A DNA stretch of 63,417 nt, counting the filler, from a bacterium (GTDB taxonomy: Bacteria > JADJOY01): assembly GCA_046331705.1 (NCBI GenBank). It is 9 parts of 9 records of this genome, joined end to end, with 100 filler letters (N's around TTAATTAATTAA, not from the genome) between each part and the next. Parts side by side here need not be neighbours in the genome. Positions count along the whole stretch, not along the records: positions 1 to 13,685 come from JAXLQJ010000102.1; 8 more parts are not named here. One strand, given 5' to 3'. A model generated the notes under the pieces. It was given only the letters and a program-made list of their open reading frames with translations, did not search any database and was not told the origin of the DNA. The translations under genes and the position numbers were made by a program. Positions 1 to 11,541 of this stretch are shown here, piece after piece. How positions within the stretch are numbered: position 1 is the first letter of the stretch; each line of letters starts with the position of its first letter.

Positions 1-2
1 TC

Positions 3-89
3 CTGTACCGCGTTGAAGCACAGCGGCTGGTCGTATTCGTCGTGCGCGTCGCGCACCGCCGCGAGGTGTACCGGAACCTCCCCGGATGA
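3..89 (+). CDS. RelE/ParE-family toxin, C-terminal fragment (truncated by window start)
   Basis: Frame from nt 3 reads LYRVEAQRLVVFVVRVAHRREVYRNLPG-stop, matching the typical RelE C-terminus (Y.I....L.VLVV.VGHRREVY). Not in the ORF track. Confidence 0.75.
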   Translation: MYRVEAQRLVVFVVRVAHRREVYRNLPG

Positions 90-171
90 GGCGCTGAGGT
101 TGCTCAGCACATCGAGGGAGCGTGACCGCGACGACGGTTCGCCTGCGTCTCGCGGGCTCGGAGAGATCAAA

Positions 172-546
172 GTGTCGGACAACGTGAAGCGCACCGACCC
201 GCTGACCCAGGACCAGGTCGAGGCCATCGCCGAAGGCGTCCGGCGTCTCCTCGGAGACGAGCTGCTCGACAAGGCAGGTCAGCACGGCATCGACCTTCAC
301 GACTCGATCGCGTTCGGGCCGGTCGCCGCGCAGGTCCAGCAGGCTCGTGAGGCCGAGGGCCTCTCGCTCGAGGACCTGGCGCGTGAGCTGCACGTCGCGC
401 AGTACCGCATCCGCGACGTCGAGGGCTCACGCATCAACCAGATCCAGCCTGACGTCCTGCGGCGCGTGATCGAGCGGCTCGGTCTCGGAGGGTGGTATGC
501 AACCTGGGCCGAGCAGAATGCCGAGCTCGCTCGCCGGCTCACGTAG
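172..546 (+). CDS. XRE-family helix-turn-helix protein
   Basis: QQAREAEGLSLEDLARELHVAQYRIRDVEG is an XRE-type HTH. GTG at 172 is preceded by GGAGAG. Confidence 0.65.
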   Translation: MSDNVKRTDPLTQDQVEAIAEGVRRLLGDELLDKAGQHGIDLHDSIAFGPVAAQVQQAREAEGLSLEDLARELHVAQYRIRDVEGSRINQIQPDVLRRVIERLGLGGWYATWAEQNAELARRLT

Positions 547-649
547 ATCCTGAACGAAGCAACGCTCGACGCCCGCGCCGACGACGGGCTGGTCGGCACC
601 GTCACCTCCAGCGCCCGCCACGACGGCGTGTGCGTCAACCGGGGCGAAT

Positions 650-723
650 GAGCCTGGGGCGCCCGCCGTTCGCGATCCCTCGCGGCGTGGCAGCTACGAA
701 GGTGGGCAATCCTTGGCATCCCC
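650..723. repeat. Copy 1 of imperfect direct repeat plus degenerate tRNA-Glu 3' end (att-like scar)
   Basis: 650-701 matches 4078-4129 at 46 of 52 positions. TGGCATCCCC (714-723) lies at the same offset as TGGTGTCCCC (tRNA 3' end, 4142-4151). Confidence 0.75.
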
Positions 724-1049
724 GGTCGCAAAGAAATTCGTACCGCGGCCGAGGTCCCGTTCGAGGTGGCGCTCGTTGAGACCGAGGGCGGCCGATCTAG
801 CGGTCTCGGAAGAGCGGAACCTCCGCCCATCATTCATGTCCAGGTCACAGCTTGTGAGATCGGCGGCGCGACCGGCGCCCCGGGTGAAGGGTGTACGATC
901 GACGCGGCGAGAAGGCAGTCCTCGACGCGGCCGGCGCGGTCACGCTCCCGCTGGTGACCCGCAACGCGTCGGTCGCTATCCACCTCGACGCGGCGTTGGG
1001 TGCGGTCGATAGTTCGATCTCGCTCGAACCCCGCCGGAGGTCCTCGCGT

Positions 1050-1599
1050 GTGTCCAAGCGCCCGACGTGGTCGATGGTGAAAGCGGCGCTCGAAGGCGCC
1101 GATGCACCGCAGTTGCTCGGCCTCGTGCACGAGCTCTACCAACTTGACGCACGGAACCGCGAGTTCCTTCATGCTCGTTTCGTCGATCGCGCTGCGAGTC
1201 TGGACCGGGCTCGGAAGGCCGTGAGCGACGCGCTCTTTCCCGACCCCTTCAGCAAGCGGGGCGTCCGCCTGAGAGAGGGACGGCAGGCAATCCGTGACTA
1301 CGTCGGCGCGACGGGCGACGCCGCGGGTGAGCTCGACCTGATGATCGGCTACATCGAAGCAGGCACGGCGTTCGCGATGGACGTGGGCTACGACGAGGAC
1401 GCGTTCTTTGCCTCACTCGCCGCCGTGCTTTCCGAGATCCGCGCTCGTGTCAGGCAGATGCGGCCCTACGAAGCGAAGCAGCACGTCACGCGCTTCGAGC
1501 AGCTCGCCGACCTCGGACGCGATCTTCGATGGGGATGGGGCGATGCACGCGTGTCAGCCGCGAAGGCGGTGGCGGACCGCAGCCTTGCGGGCGACTTAA
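1050..1599 (+). CDS. Hypothetical helical protein (DUF6155-like); 3' end approximate, frame runs on into IS remnant
   Basis: GTG at 1050 with GGAGG RBS. Protein-like sequence SKRPTWSMVKAAL...LYQLDARNREFLHARF...WGWGD, after which the frame turns into non-protein-like sequence up to the stop at 2423. Confidence 0.5.
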
Positions 1600-1799
1600 C
1601 CGGGTCGCGGCGGCCCGGCGCAAGGCTCGAACCGCGAGCGCCAACTCGTACCTCAAAGGGCGTTCCCTTCGTTCGCAGACTTCGCTCGCTTCGGTGCGGC
1701 GTACGTCGATCCCGGTGCCGACTACTACGAGGCGAGCTACCGGGAGCGGGTCCTCGCCAACCTCCGGAAGCGAGCGCGCTCGCTGGGATTCGACCTCAT

Positions 1800-2680
1800 C
1801 GAAGGAGAGCCCGCTGGAATCGGAGTTTCTTAGGAAGGCGGCAACCTTCTTCGCGAGGGAAAGCCGATGAGGTTTCACTTCATCGCTGCGGAAAAGGATC
1901 ACTTCCCGATACGCATGCTCTGCCGGGTCTTGCAGGTGACCGCCGCCGGCTTCTACGCGTGGCGACGTCGCGGTCCCAGCGAGCGGGCGACGGCGGATGC
2001 CCAGCTCGCCGTCGCGATCACCGCATCGCATCGTGCGAGCCGCTGCACCTACGGCAGCCCACGTGTGCATCGCGACCTGCGCGAGCAGGGACGGCGCCAC
2101 GGACGCAAGCGCGTCGCGCGCATCATGCGCGAGCGACAGCTCGTCGCTCGGCAGAAGCGCCGCTTCCGGCGGACGACCGACTCGCGGTACGCGTTCCCGA
2201 TCGCACCAAACTGGCTGAAGCGGCGGTTTGCACCGGCGAAACCGAATCAAGTCTGGGCGGCGGACGTCACGTACCTCGCGACGCTGCGGGCCGAGCTCGT
2301 CGACCACGAGCACTACGCGACACGGGAGGCCGCGATCGCGTCGATCGGGGGTTACATCGACGGCTTCTACAACGTTTGCCGCCGGCATTCGTTCCTCGGC
2401 TACGTGAGTCCGCTGGAGTTTGAAGTGCGGGCTCGTCGCTGGCGCGGCCCCTTCTCGACCCGCGATCCTCGACGATCTCCAGGCAACGCGGGGAAACCGA
2501 CCTCGCCAAATGGCTCCAGAGCGCTTCCGCGGAGAGGGGCCGCTACCTCGGTATCCCCCCGCAACGAGCGTGTGAAGCGGTCGCGGCCGCAGGGGAGTCG
2601 CGATCATCCGGGCGATCCACCGGAGGCGAACCCGAACTTTCACGCATAATCATGGTGTCAACGAAATCGGGACAAGATCA
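1800..2680 (+). mobile_element. Decayed IS3-family element: orfA tail plus internally deleted orfB
   Basis: OrfA tail EFLRKAATFFARESR overlaps (ATGA, 1867-1870) orfB MRFHFIAAEKDHFPIRMLCRVLQV...YGSPRV...PNQVWAADVTYL. OrfB then jumps straight to ATLRAELV...FYN..RRHS.LGYVSP, so the DDE core is missing. IS3-like right end GTGTCAACGAAATCGGGACAAGATCA at 2655-2680. Confidence 0.85.
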
Positions 2681-2932
2681 GAGCGTCTTGGCGCTCGTGC
2701 AAGAGCCCGTACGAGCAATGATGGGCTCGCGACTCGACGCAAGCCGCCGCCTCGATCGTCAGCGCGCTCTTGCAGCCTTAGCCTGGTCGACGAGCGCGCC
2801 GGTGCCGAGCTCGCGCAGGTGTTCGAGAGCGCCCACGGCGGTGCGCCGCACCGGCGGGTTGGGGTCGTCGAGCGCCTGGACGAGTACGGGGATCGCACCA
2901 TCGCCGGCACGTGTCACGTGGCGTCCGACCAG

Positions 2933-3088
2933 CTAGGGCCGCCGAGGTCGCTGGGTCGCCACTCGAACCTCTCGCTCGTCGGCGCTCAGCCGGGCTGCGT
3001 CCTTTGCCGACCACCGGATCTCACCGCCCGTCTTGTGGGGCTTGCAGAGTGGGCAGGACCGCCGCTTTCTCTTGAGTCGCTTTCTCAT
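2933..3088 (-). CDS. Small basic CxxC protein (51 aa)
   Basis: ATG at 3088 preceded by AGGAGACAGGAG; MRKRLKRKRRSCPLCKPHKTGG... Confidence 0.45.
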   Translation of the reverse strand: MRKRLKRKRRSCPLCKPHKTGGEIRWSAKDAARLSADEREVRVATQRPRRP

Positions 3089-3172
3089 CTCCTGTCTCCT
3101 GTAACTGCGCCAACCTGCGGAATCTCGCCCCAGACGGACTGCCGGCGAAGATCGCCGAAGTAGGTCCATGCG

Positions 3173-3490
3173 TCAGACCTCGAGCACCACTCGCTCCCCA
3201 TCGTCGAAGACGGCCGCGAGCTCGAGGTGACCTCCGAGCGCCTCGATGTACTCGCGCAGCGTCGAGAGCTGCGGGTCCGCGCTGCGCTCGGCGCGGGAGA
3301 CGCTGGTCTGCTCGACGCCGAGCGCTTCGGCGAGCTGCACCTGTGTGCGGCCGCGCTGCTTCCGCAGCTCGGCGAGCTCGAAGCGCGCATGCTCACGGAG
3401 CGCCGCCTTGCGAATGCGCTCGACGTTGGCCCGGCGCTTCGGATCGGCGAGCACCGGGCCGCTCAGGTCCTTGAAGTTCCGTGCCTTCAT
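3173..3490 (-). CDS. HigA-like XRE antitoxin
   Basis: LAELRKQRGRTQVQLAEALGVEQTSVSRAE...LSTLREYIEALGGHLELAAVF. ATGA overlap with the upstream toxin. Confidence 0.85.
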   Translation of the reverse strand: MKARNFKDLSGPVLADPKRRANVERIRKAALREHARFELAELRKQRGRTQVQLAEALGVEQTSVSRAERSADPQLSTLREYIEALGGHLELAAVFDDGERVVLEV

Positions 3491-3849
3491 GGGATCGAAC
3501 CCTCCTCGCGCAGCTCGGCGAGATACTGCGCGTAGATCGCTTCCGCGCGCGGGATCGCGTCGCGGTACCACTCGTTCCACTGGCCCGACTTGTTGCCCCC
3601 GATGAGGAGCACCGCCTGCCGGATCGGATCGAAGATGAAGAGCACGCGCAGGGCCCCGCCTTCGCTCGCGCGCAGTTCTTTCAGGTTCGGCAGGTTCGAG
3701 CCGATGATCGTGTCCACGGACGGCCGCCCCAGGTTCGGGCCGTGCTCTTCGAGGAGCTGCACGCGGCCCACGAGCGCGTCTTGCTGGTCGGCCGTGAGGG
3801 CGTCCCACCACTCCGCGAATTCGTCGGTGAACAGAACCTCCCAGGGCAT
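3487..3849 (-). CDS. HigB/Gp49-like RelE-superfamily toxin
   Basis: MPWEVLFTDEFAEWW...LLEEHGPNLGRPSVDTIIGS.LPNLKELR...RVLFIFDPIRQAVLLIGGNKSG. Toxin-first order as in higBA. Confidence 0.88.
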   Translation of the reverse strand: MPWEVLFTDEFAEWWDALTADQQDALVGRVQLLEEHGPNLGRPSVDTIIGSNLPNLKELRASEGGALRVLFIFDPIRQAVLLIGGNKSGQWNEWYRDAIPRAEAIYAQYLAELREEGSIP

Positions 3850-4077
3850 GACCGTAGAATGCGCTACAGCGCATACGCAGTCAAGCGCATGTGGGTCGGT
3901 CGACTGAGCGCCCGTACAACATCCTTGACGGTGGTCCGCCAGGCTGCCGATCCCGACTTCGCTGAGGGAAGGCTAGCGACGTCAGGAAGGCGTAGGAGGG
4001 GAATCACGTGAAGCGTCGCAAGCCCGCTCGACGGGTGGATCGACCATCGCGGAGCTCCTGCGCGACGCCGCGCGAGA

Positions 4078-4129
4078 GAGCCTGGGGCTCCCGCCGTTCA
4101 CGATCCCTCGTCGCGTGGCAGGCACGAAG
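4078..4129. repeat. Copy 2 of imperfect direct repeat, just downstream of tRNA-Glu
   Basis: Matches 650-701 at 46 of 52 positions. Confidence 0.75.
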
Positions 4130-4141
4130 CCGAACTATTCC

Positions 4142-4219
4142 TGGTGTCCCCAGGAGGATTTGAACCTCCGTCTCAGGACTGAGGATCCTGCGTCCTGGGC
4201 CGGGCTAGACGATGGGGAC
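4142..4219 (-). tRNA. tRNA-Glu (CTC)
   Basis: Reverse complement folds as a cloverleaf: acceptor GTCCCCA/TGGGGAC, anticodon stem CAGGA/TCCTG with loop TC-CTC-AG, T-loop GGTTCAAATCC, encoded CCA. Confidence 0.9.
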
Positions 4220-4505
4220 GGATGCGTGACGCGCGACTCGTGCGCGGGGCAAGGCTGGGAGAGGCGGGCTTGGGTGTCAACCCAGCGGACACGGCGGGAC
4301 GCCGGCGGCAGACTCAGCGGACGTCGGACCGATGTCGAGGCTCCTCACCACCGCACGCGTGCCGCAGGCGTCTGGTCCGACTCCGGCGTCCGGCGAGGGC
4401 GTGCGTCCCGGGATTGCCCGCCTTCGGTAAGGTCCCCGCGCTCGAATTCGCGACGCGGCTTTCCGGCGGGACTTTCCGCTGCGGCGCGGCGCGCGCTACG
4501 ACTCG

Positions 4506-5315
4506 ATGAGCGATCTCGGAGGCATTCTCGCAGGCGTTCTCGGAGGACTCTGCGTGGAAGCGTTGCGTTCTCGGCGCTGGCGATGGCTGGTGGGCCCGGC
4601 CATGGCTTTGGGCCTGGTGCTGACGGTGCTCGGGTGTGGTGAGTCGTCGCACGGCGGCGGTTCTTCCCGTAGCACGACCGCCCGCGGCGTCGCGTTCAAT
4701 TTCGGGCCGCAGGGCGGCGCGGTCGCCGACGGCGAGGTGTCGATCCTCGAGATGCCGGATCGGGTGACGCGCACCGATGAGGGCGGTGAGTTCGCGTTCG
4801 ACGATCTTCCGGTGGGTTCCCAGGCGTCGTTCGTGCTGCGTGCGCACGGTCGCCCGGAGATTCAGACGGCGACGTTTCTGCTCGGCGAGCCGCCGCTCGA
4901 GGGCGTCTCGTTCCAGTCGCCGGACGACACGATGGTGGCGCTCTTGGCGCTGCTGGTCGGCGCGGCACCGCGAGCGGATCGCTGCCAGCTCGCGGCGACC
5001 GTGACTCGCGCGAATCCCGAGCTGGTGGCGGGGAAGACGCACGGTGAGCCCGGCGCCACGGTGACCATCGATCCAACTCCCGCGGAGGCGGATGGTCCGA
5101 TCTACTTCAACCTGATCACCTGGAACGCGATCTGGCCGGATCGGCGCCTCTCTGCCACCACGGACGACGGTGGCGTGCTCTACGTGAACGTAACGCCGGG
5201 GACGTATCGGTTGCGCGCGCACAAGGCGGGCGTGATGTTCCGCGACGTCGCGGTCACGTGTCGCGCCGGGATCGTCGCGAACGCCGCGCCGCCATGGGGG
5301 CTTCAGGCGGAGTGA
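4506..5315 (+). CDS. Putative lipoprotein with carboxypeptidase-regulatory-like (beta-sandwich) domains; true start may be downstream
   Basis: Lipobox-like VLTVLGC; motifs TRTDEGGEFAFDDLPVG and GVLYVNVTPGTYRLRA. Confidence 0.6.
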   Translation: MSDLGGILAGVLGGLCVEALRSRRWRWLVGPAMALGLVLTVLGCGESSHGGGSSRSTTARGVAFNFGPQGGAVADGEVSILEMPDRVTRTDEGGEFAFDDLPVGSQASFVLRAHGRPEIQTATFLLGEPPLEGVSFQSPDDTMVALLALLVGAAPRADRCQLAATVTRANPELVAGKTHGEPGATVTIDPTPAEADGPIYFNLITWNAIWPDRRLSATTDDGGVLYVNVTPGTYRLRAHKAGVMFRDVAVTCRAGIVANAAPPWGLQAE

Positions 5316-5603
5316 GCCGGAAATCGCGTCGTCGGCGCGGCGTCGTGGACGTCCGAAGCGTGCCCTCGCTGCGCCGGGATCGACAGATCGCCGCGCGTTG
5401 CGAACGGATCCCCGCCCGTTGCGTGCGGTGCCTTCCCAGCAGCCCCTCCGCTGGCGGCGCCGCACGGCGCCGCTGGGCTGGTACGCGAGGGGGCGGATCG
5501 GCCAGGCGAGCGAGTGCGTGCCAAGCGCTTGTTGGCCGTTGGCTCACGCCGCCGCGGGGATCGCCGCGGCACGCGACGTGATGGCCGGCAGCGCCGCCGT
5601 GCG

Positions 5604-5930
5604 CTACGGCTCGAACGAGCAGACGTACTCGGCGATGCCGGACGCGACCGTGATGTCGAAACCCGAACGCGCCGGCACGCGGAAGCTGGTGCCCGCGCCG
5701 TGGTCGCGCCATTCGCTGGTGCCGTCGAGGCGAACGCGGCAATGCCCGGCGACGATCTCCATCACTTCGGCGGCGTCGGTGCCGAAGTGGAACTCGCCCG
5801 GGTAGATGAGCCCGAGCGTCTTCCGGCTGCCGTCGGCGAAACGGATGGTGTGGCTCACGACCTTGCCGTCGAAATAGACGTTGGCTTTCGCGACGGCGGT
5901 GACGTTCGAGAATTCGCGGGTGTCGTTCAT
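5604..5930 (-). CDS. ppnP: Pyrimidine/purine nucleoside phosphorylase (YaiE/DUF1255)
   Basis: KANVYFDGKVVSHTI.FADGSRKTLGLIYPGEFHFGT.AAEVMEIVAG...YVCSF. Confidence 0.9.
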   Translation of the reverse strand: MNDTREFSNVTAVAKANVYFDGKVVSHTIRFADGSRKTLGLIYPGEFHFGTDAAEVMEIVAGHCRVRLDGTSEWRDHGAGTSFRVPARSGFDITVASGIAEYVCSFEP

Positions 5931-6123
5931 GGCGGCCGAGTTTGGCACGGACGAAGGGGCGACGTGCTCGGGAGCGATTCGCCGCGGTGCGCGGCGCGTC
6001 GGGCCGGATTTCGCGAAGCGCTCGCCGTGGCGTGCGCGCGAGCGGTCGAGCTGATCTCGAGTTGCGGGGTGAGTTGAGGGTTGCGGCGGATGACGCGCGC
6101 ATCTAGCATGGCGCGCGCCGATC

Positions 6124-7107
6124 GTGACCCCCGCCATGCCTCGTCGCGGAGCATCTTCCCGTCGCCGTTGCCGCTCGCCGCACCTGGCGGAGCTCGCGCG
6201 GCTCGTGCTCCTGGTGTTGCTCGTCGGCGGAGCCGCGTGCGGCGGCGACGCGGCGCACGATCCCGCGCTGCGCGAGGGTTTCACGGCGACGCGCTACCCG
6301 ATCGTCCTCACGCCGGGCTTTCTGGGCTTCGACTCGATCCTCGACGCGATCGACTATTGGAACGGGATTCCCGAGGCGCTCGCCGCCGACGGCGCCGACG
6401 TCTTCGTCACGCGCGTGAGCCAGGTCAACTCGAGCGAGGTGCGCGGCGAGCAGCTGATCCGCGACATCGAGGAGGTGCTGGCGGTCACCGGCGCCGAGCG
6501 CGTGAATCTGATCGGCCACAGTCAGGGAACCCTCGACGCGCGCTACGTGCTGGGCGTCCGGCCGGACCTGCTCGCCTCCGTGACCTCGGTTGCGGGGCCG
6601 CACCGGGTGGAGGCGTTCGATGCGATCGAACCGAATGCCCTCACCAACCTGGGCTTCGCGCTCCTCGGAACCCTCGGTGACCTGATCGGGCTGCTGTCGC
6701 CGGGCGACGACCCCAACGATCCCGCGGCGGCCGCTTTCCTCATCGGCGGCGGGCTGAGCGATTTCAACGCCCGCTTTCCGGCGGGCTTGCCTTCCGACGC
6801 CTGCGGCGAAGGCCCAGCGAGGTACCGCGGAATCCCGCTCTACTCGTGGTCCGGCGTTGGTCAAGGCACGGTGGCGGGCGATCCCCTCGACTGGCTCTTC
6901 ATCGCCACGGGACCGTTCTTCGACGAGCCCAACGACGGGCTGGTGCCGCGGTGCTCGTCGCATTTCGGGCGAGTGATCCGCGACGACTACCTGCACAACC
7001 ACCTCGACGAGATCAACTGGACCTTCGGTCTGGTTCCGGAATACGAGACCCACCCGGTCGAGGTGTTTCGAAATCACGCGAATCGGCTGCGCAATCAGGG
7101 GCTCTAG
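6124..7107 (+). CDS. Triacylglycerol lipase, family I (possibly lipoprotein)
   Basis: TRYPIVL.PGFLGF, nucleophile GHSQG, NDGLVPRCSSHFG, NHLDEIN; followed by a foldase gene. Confidence 0.92.
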   Translation: MTPAMPRRGASSRRRCRSPHLAELARLVLLVLLVGGAACGGDAAHDPALREGFTATRYPIVLTPGFLGFDSILDAIDYWNGIPEALAADGADVFVTRVSQVNSSEVRGEQLIRDIEEVLAVTGAERVNLIGHSQGTLDARYVLGVRPDLLASVTSVAGPHRVEAFDAIEPNALTNLGFALLGTLGDLIGLLSPGDDPNDPAAAAFLIGGGLSDFNARFPAGLPSDACGEGPARYRGIPLYSWSGVGQGTVAGDPLDWLFIATGPFFDEPNDGLVPRCSSHFGRVIRDDYLHNHLDEINWTFGLVPEYETHPVEVFRNHANRLRNQGL

Positions 7108-8253
7108 ATGCCCGGAGCCGGGCTCGACCGGCGCGCAGCCGCCGGCGGAGGCGCGGCGGATCGTGCCGCGGCTCGAGCGGTAGTCGCGCGCGGTCTGGTG
7201 CTGGTTTCGTTCGCGATGGGGGCGGTGGGCTACGTCCTGGCGGTGCGGGCTCGCCACGGCGCCGCGATCGCTCCCCGCGACCCGCCGCGCGTGACTCGCC
7301 CCGCGCCGGTCACCGAGTCGCGTCGGCCGATCGGTGACGCACCGCCGATCTCCACCGCGCCCCCGCCCGCCCCAGCGCCGGGCGACTCGCTCGCCAACGC
7401 CGCTTCGCGAGCGCTCGAAGGCACCAGCGTCGACGGCGAGTTGGTGGTCGGGCTCGACGGACATTTTCGTCCCACCGCCGCGGCGATCCGCTTGTTTCGC
7501 CATTTCATGACGGCCAACGGCGAATGGAGCCGTGATCAGGTCCGCCGCCGCATCGAGAGTGAGATCGACGCAAGGCTGGCTCCGCCCGCGTCCGCCGAGG
7601 CGCGCGCGTTCCTGGATCAGTACGTCCGTTATCTGGATGCGAGCCGGAGTCTCGATCCCGCCGGGCTCGACGCCCGCGACCTCGCGGGGCGGCTTTCCCA
7701 GGTTCGCGACCTGCAGCGATCCATCTTCGGCGCCGCGCTCGCCGAAGCGCTCTTCGGCTCCGAGAACGCTCTCGCGGAGGCGGCGCTCGATCGGCTGATG
7801 GCACGCCTCCACGCGACCTCGACCGCCGAGACTCCCGCGCCGCGCGATGGAGAGAGCGAGCGTGACGGCGGTGCCGAAGACCGCCTCCCCCCCGAGGTGC
7901 GCGCGATCCGCGAGCGTGCCGCCGCGCCCATCGAGAGCGCTCGGCAGGTCGAGTCGCTCCGTCGAGGCGGCGCCGATCCGGAAGAGGTGCGTGCCGAGCG
8001 GGTGGCGCGCTTCGGCGCGGACGCCGCCGCGCGACTCGAAGACCTCGACCGCCAGCGAGCGCAGTGGGAAGCGCGCCTCGCCGCCTACCGGGTGGCGCGC
8101 GACGCCGTGTTGCGCAACCCCGCGCTCGACACGGCGCAGCGCACCGCGGCCCTGGAGCGAGTGCGCGAAGAGCGATTTTCGGGCGACGAGATCCGCCACG
8201 TCGCCGAGCTCGACCGGCTCGACGCGAGTGCGGCAGCGATGAACGCACACTGA
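7108..8253 (+). CDS. Lipase-specific foldase (Lif/LipB chaperone)
   Basis: N-terminal TM anchor, SRALEGTSVDGEL, RLFRHFMTANGE (R..FDYFL-type motif), RFGADAAARLEDLDRQRAQWEARLAAY; directly after the lipase. Confidence 0.9.
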   Translation: MPGAGLDRRAAAGGGAADRAAARAVVARGLVLVSFAMGAVGYVLAVRARHGAAIAPRDPPRVTRPAPVTESRRPIGDAPPISTAPPPAPAPGDSLANAASRALEGTSVDGELVVGLDGHFRPTAAAIRLFRHFMTANGEWSRDQVRRRIESEIDARLAPPASAEARAFLDQYVRYLDASRSLDPAGLDARDLAGRLSQVRDLQRSIFGAALAEALFGSENALAEAALDRLMARLHATSTAETPAPRDGESERDGGAEDRLPPEVRAIRERAAAPIESARQVESLRRGGADPEEVRAERVARFGADAAARLEDLDRQRAQWEARLAAYRVARDAVLRNPALDTAQRTAALERVREERFSGDEIRHVAELDRLDASAAAMNAH

Positions 8254-8339
8254 GCGATCGCGCCTCGGGCCCCGAGCAGCGTCCGCGCAGCCGCGCCACC
8301 CTGGGACCACCGGAATCCCGGGTGATCTCGGCCGACTCC

Positions 8340-8415
<76 letters not shown>

Positions 8416-8708
8416 GTAGCTGCCACCTACTTTGATCGATGGCGTCTTGCTCGTGGAGTCAGCGGCGTGCGCTCGCGACGGCGACGTTGTCGCTCGACCG
8501 TTCGCTCCGGCACCGCGCCGACTGCCCGATCATCCCCTGTGTTGTAGCGCCCAACGGCAGCGATTGTCTTGTCCTCGGCCGCCCGCCCCGTGGGCCGAGA
8601 GCCGCGGGCCTCGAAGCCGCTCGTGAGCGCCGCCGCACCGAGGGTCGCCGCCACTCATCCGGGAGCCCGGACCTCAAGCCCGTGGGCGAGCCAGCCGAAG
8701 AGATGCCC

Positions 8709-9143
8709 ATGAGCCTCATCGGCGGCATCCGGGCCGGTCCGAGTCGGCGTCTGTTCGCGTACTTTCTTCCGCTCGATCTCGTCTTCAAGGTACTCACGTT
8801 CGTTCCGTTCGTTGCCGGGCTCCGGATCGCAGCCGCCGGGGAGCGCGCGTCGGTTTACGCCTTTCTGGCCATCCTGGCGGGCGTCGGGCTCGCGGTTTGG
8901 ATGGCGTGGGCCGTTCGGTATCTCCGTCCCGTCGACCGCTGGGAAAGGCAGCACCTGGAGGATGCGTCGTCGGCCGAGGCGCTCGCGCGGGCCGCGAAAG
9001 CCATCGCCTGGGCGCCTTCGAATATTGCTGATGCTCTTGTCAGAAGTTCGCCGCGAGCGTTCGTTTCGAGGACGGCTCGTTCGCCGATTGAACGGAGAAT
9101 CCTGGCGCGCATGGTTCATGCACGCGCCTCGGCCGCGGTGTGA
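8709..9143 (+). pseudogene. Two-TM membrane protein fragment, possibly the truncated N-terminus of a sensor
   Basis: Two hydrophobic segments followed by LRPVDRW..; the frame then degenerates. Confidence 0.3.
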
Positions 9144-9250
9144 GCCAGGAGTGGCGCCGACGCGTCGCGCGGCGTCCCGCGCCGTGCGCTCGCAGGCGCG
9201 AGCGGCCAACCGTCGAAAGGCTTCGCGGGCCGCAGGATCCCAGCGCCGTC

Positions 9251-10975
<1,725 letters not shown>

Positions 10976-11109
10976 GGGGCGTGTGGCGCGGGCGTGGGCA
11001 ACGGCCGCGTCCTGTGCGCGTGTCGTCGATGATACCGATTCAATTCGCGCGCCGAAACGGCGCCACGCCATCGTTCGAGCGCGCCGACGCTAGCGGTGCG
11101 CGTATCCGG

Positions 11110-11230
11110 TGAGCTTTCTCAGACCGAGTGCGAGTGCGCTCGGGTATCGGTGCCTCGAGCCGCGTTGAGATACGGCTGTGCTCGCGTGAGGGCGAGCAAC
11201 TCAGCGCTTCGTGCAGGTGACTCAACGCGG
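11110..11230. promoter_or_regulatory. Candidate upstream activator sequences
   Basis: TGAG-N4-CTCA (11110-11121), TGAG-N9-CTCA (11187-11203), and a perfect 10-bp inverted repeat CCGCGTTGAG (11160-11169) / CTCAACGCGG (11221-11230), about 80-200 bp upstream of the -24/-12 element. Confidence 0.4.
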
Positions 11231-11311
11231 ACCGATCGCGGCGAGCGCCGGGCTCGCTCTCGCCTCGCGGAAAACGCCAACGATCTCCGCGATCGTTCGC
11301 GACGTGCCCGG

Positions 11312-11327
11312 CGGCACGTCTCTCGCA
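11312..11327 (+). promoter_or_regulatory. Sigma54 (-24/-12) promoter for the RING-E1-E2 operon
   Basis: cGGCACGtctcTCGCa: GG (11313-14) and GC (11325-26) separated by exactly 10 nt, against consensus TGGCACG-N4-TTGCW. Confidence 0.65.
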
Positions 11328-11541
11328 TTCGCAGTGCAGCGTGCGCGTGATGTGACGCGCGCCGTGCCGCACGCGAGGCCGGTGGTCTCGATCGCCGGTG
11401 CCTCCGTCCTCCGCGTCCCATGGCAGCCGAAGCTGGGCGTGGTGCGCACTGCGCGCGAGGCGTGGTGCGCGCTGGTGGCGATCGCAGTCGTGTTGCATGT
11501 TCAAGCCGATCGTGAATCGAAATGCAGAAGGAGCGAACGGC

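Noticed and set aside
5942-5960. TTGGCACG as a sigma54 promoter for the lipase
   Set aside because: There is no GC at the -12 position with correct spacing.
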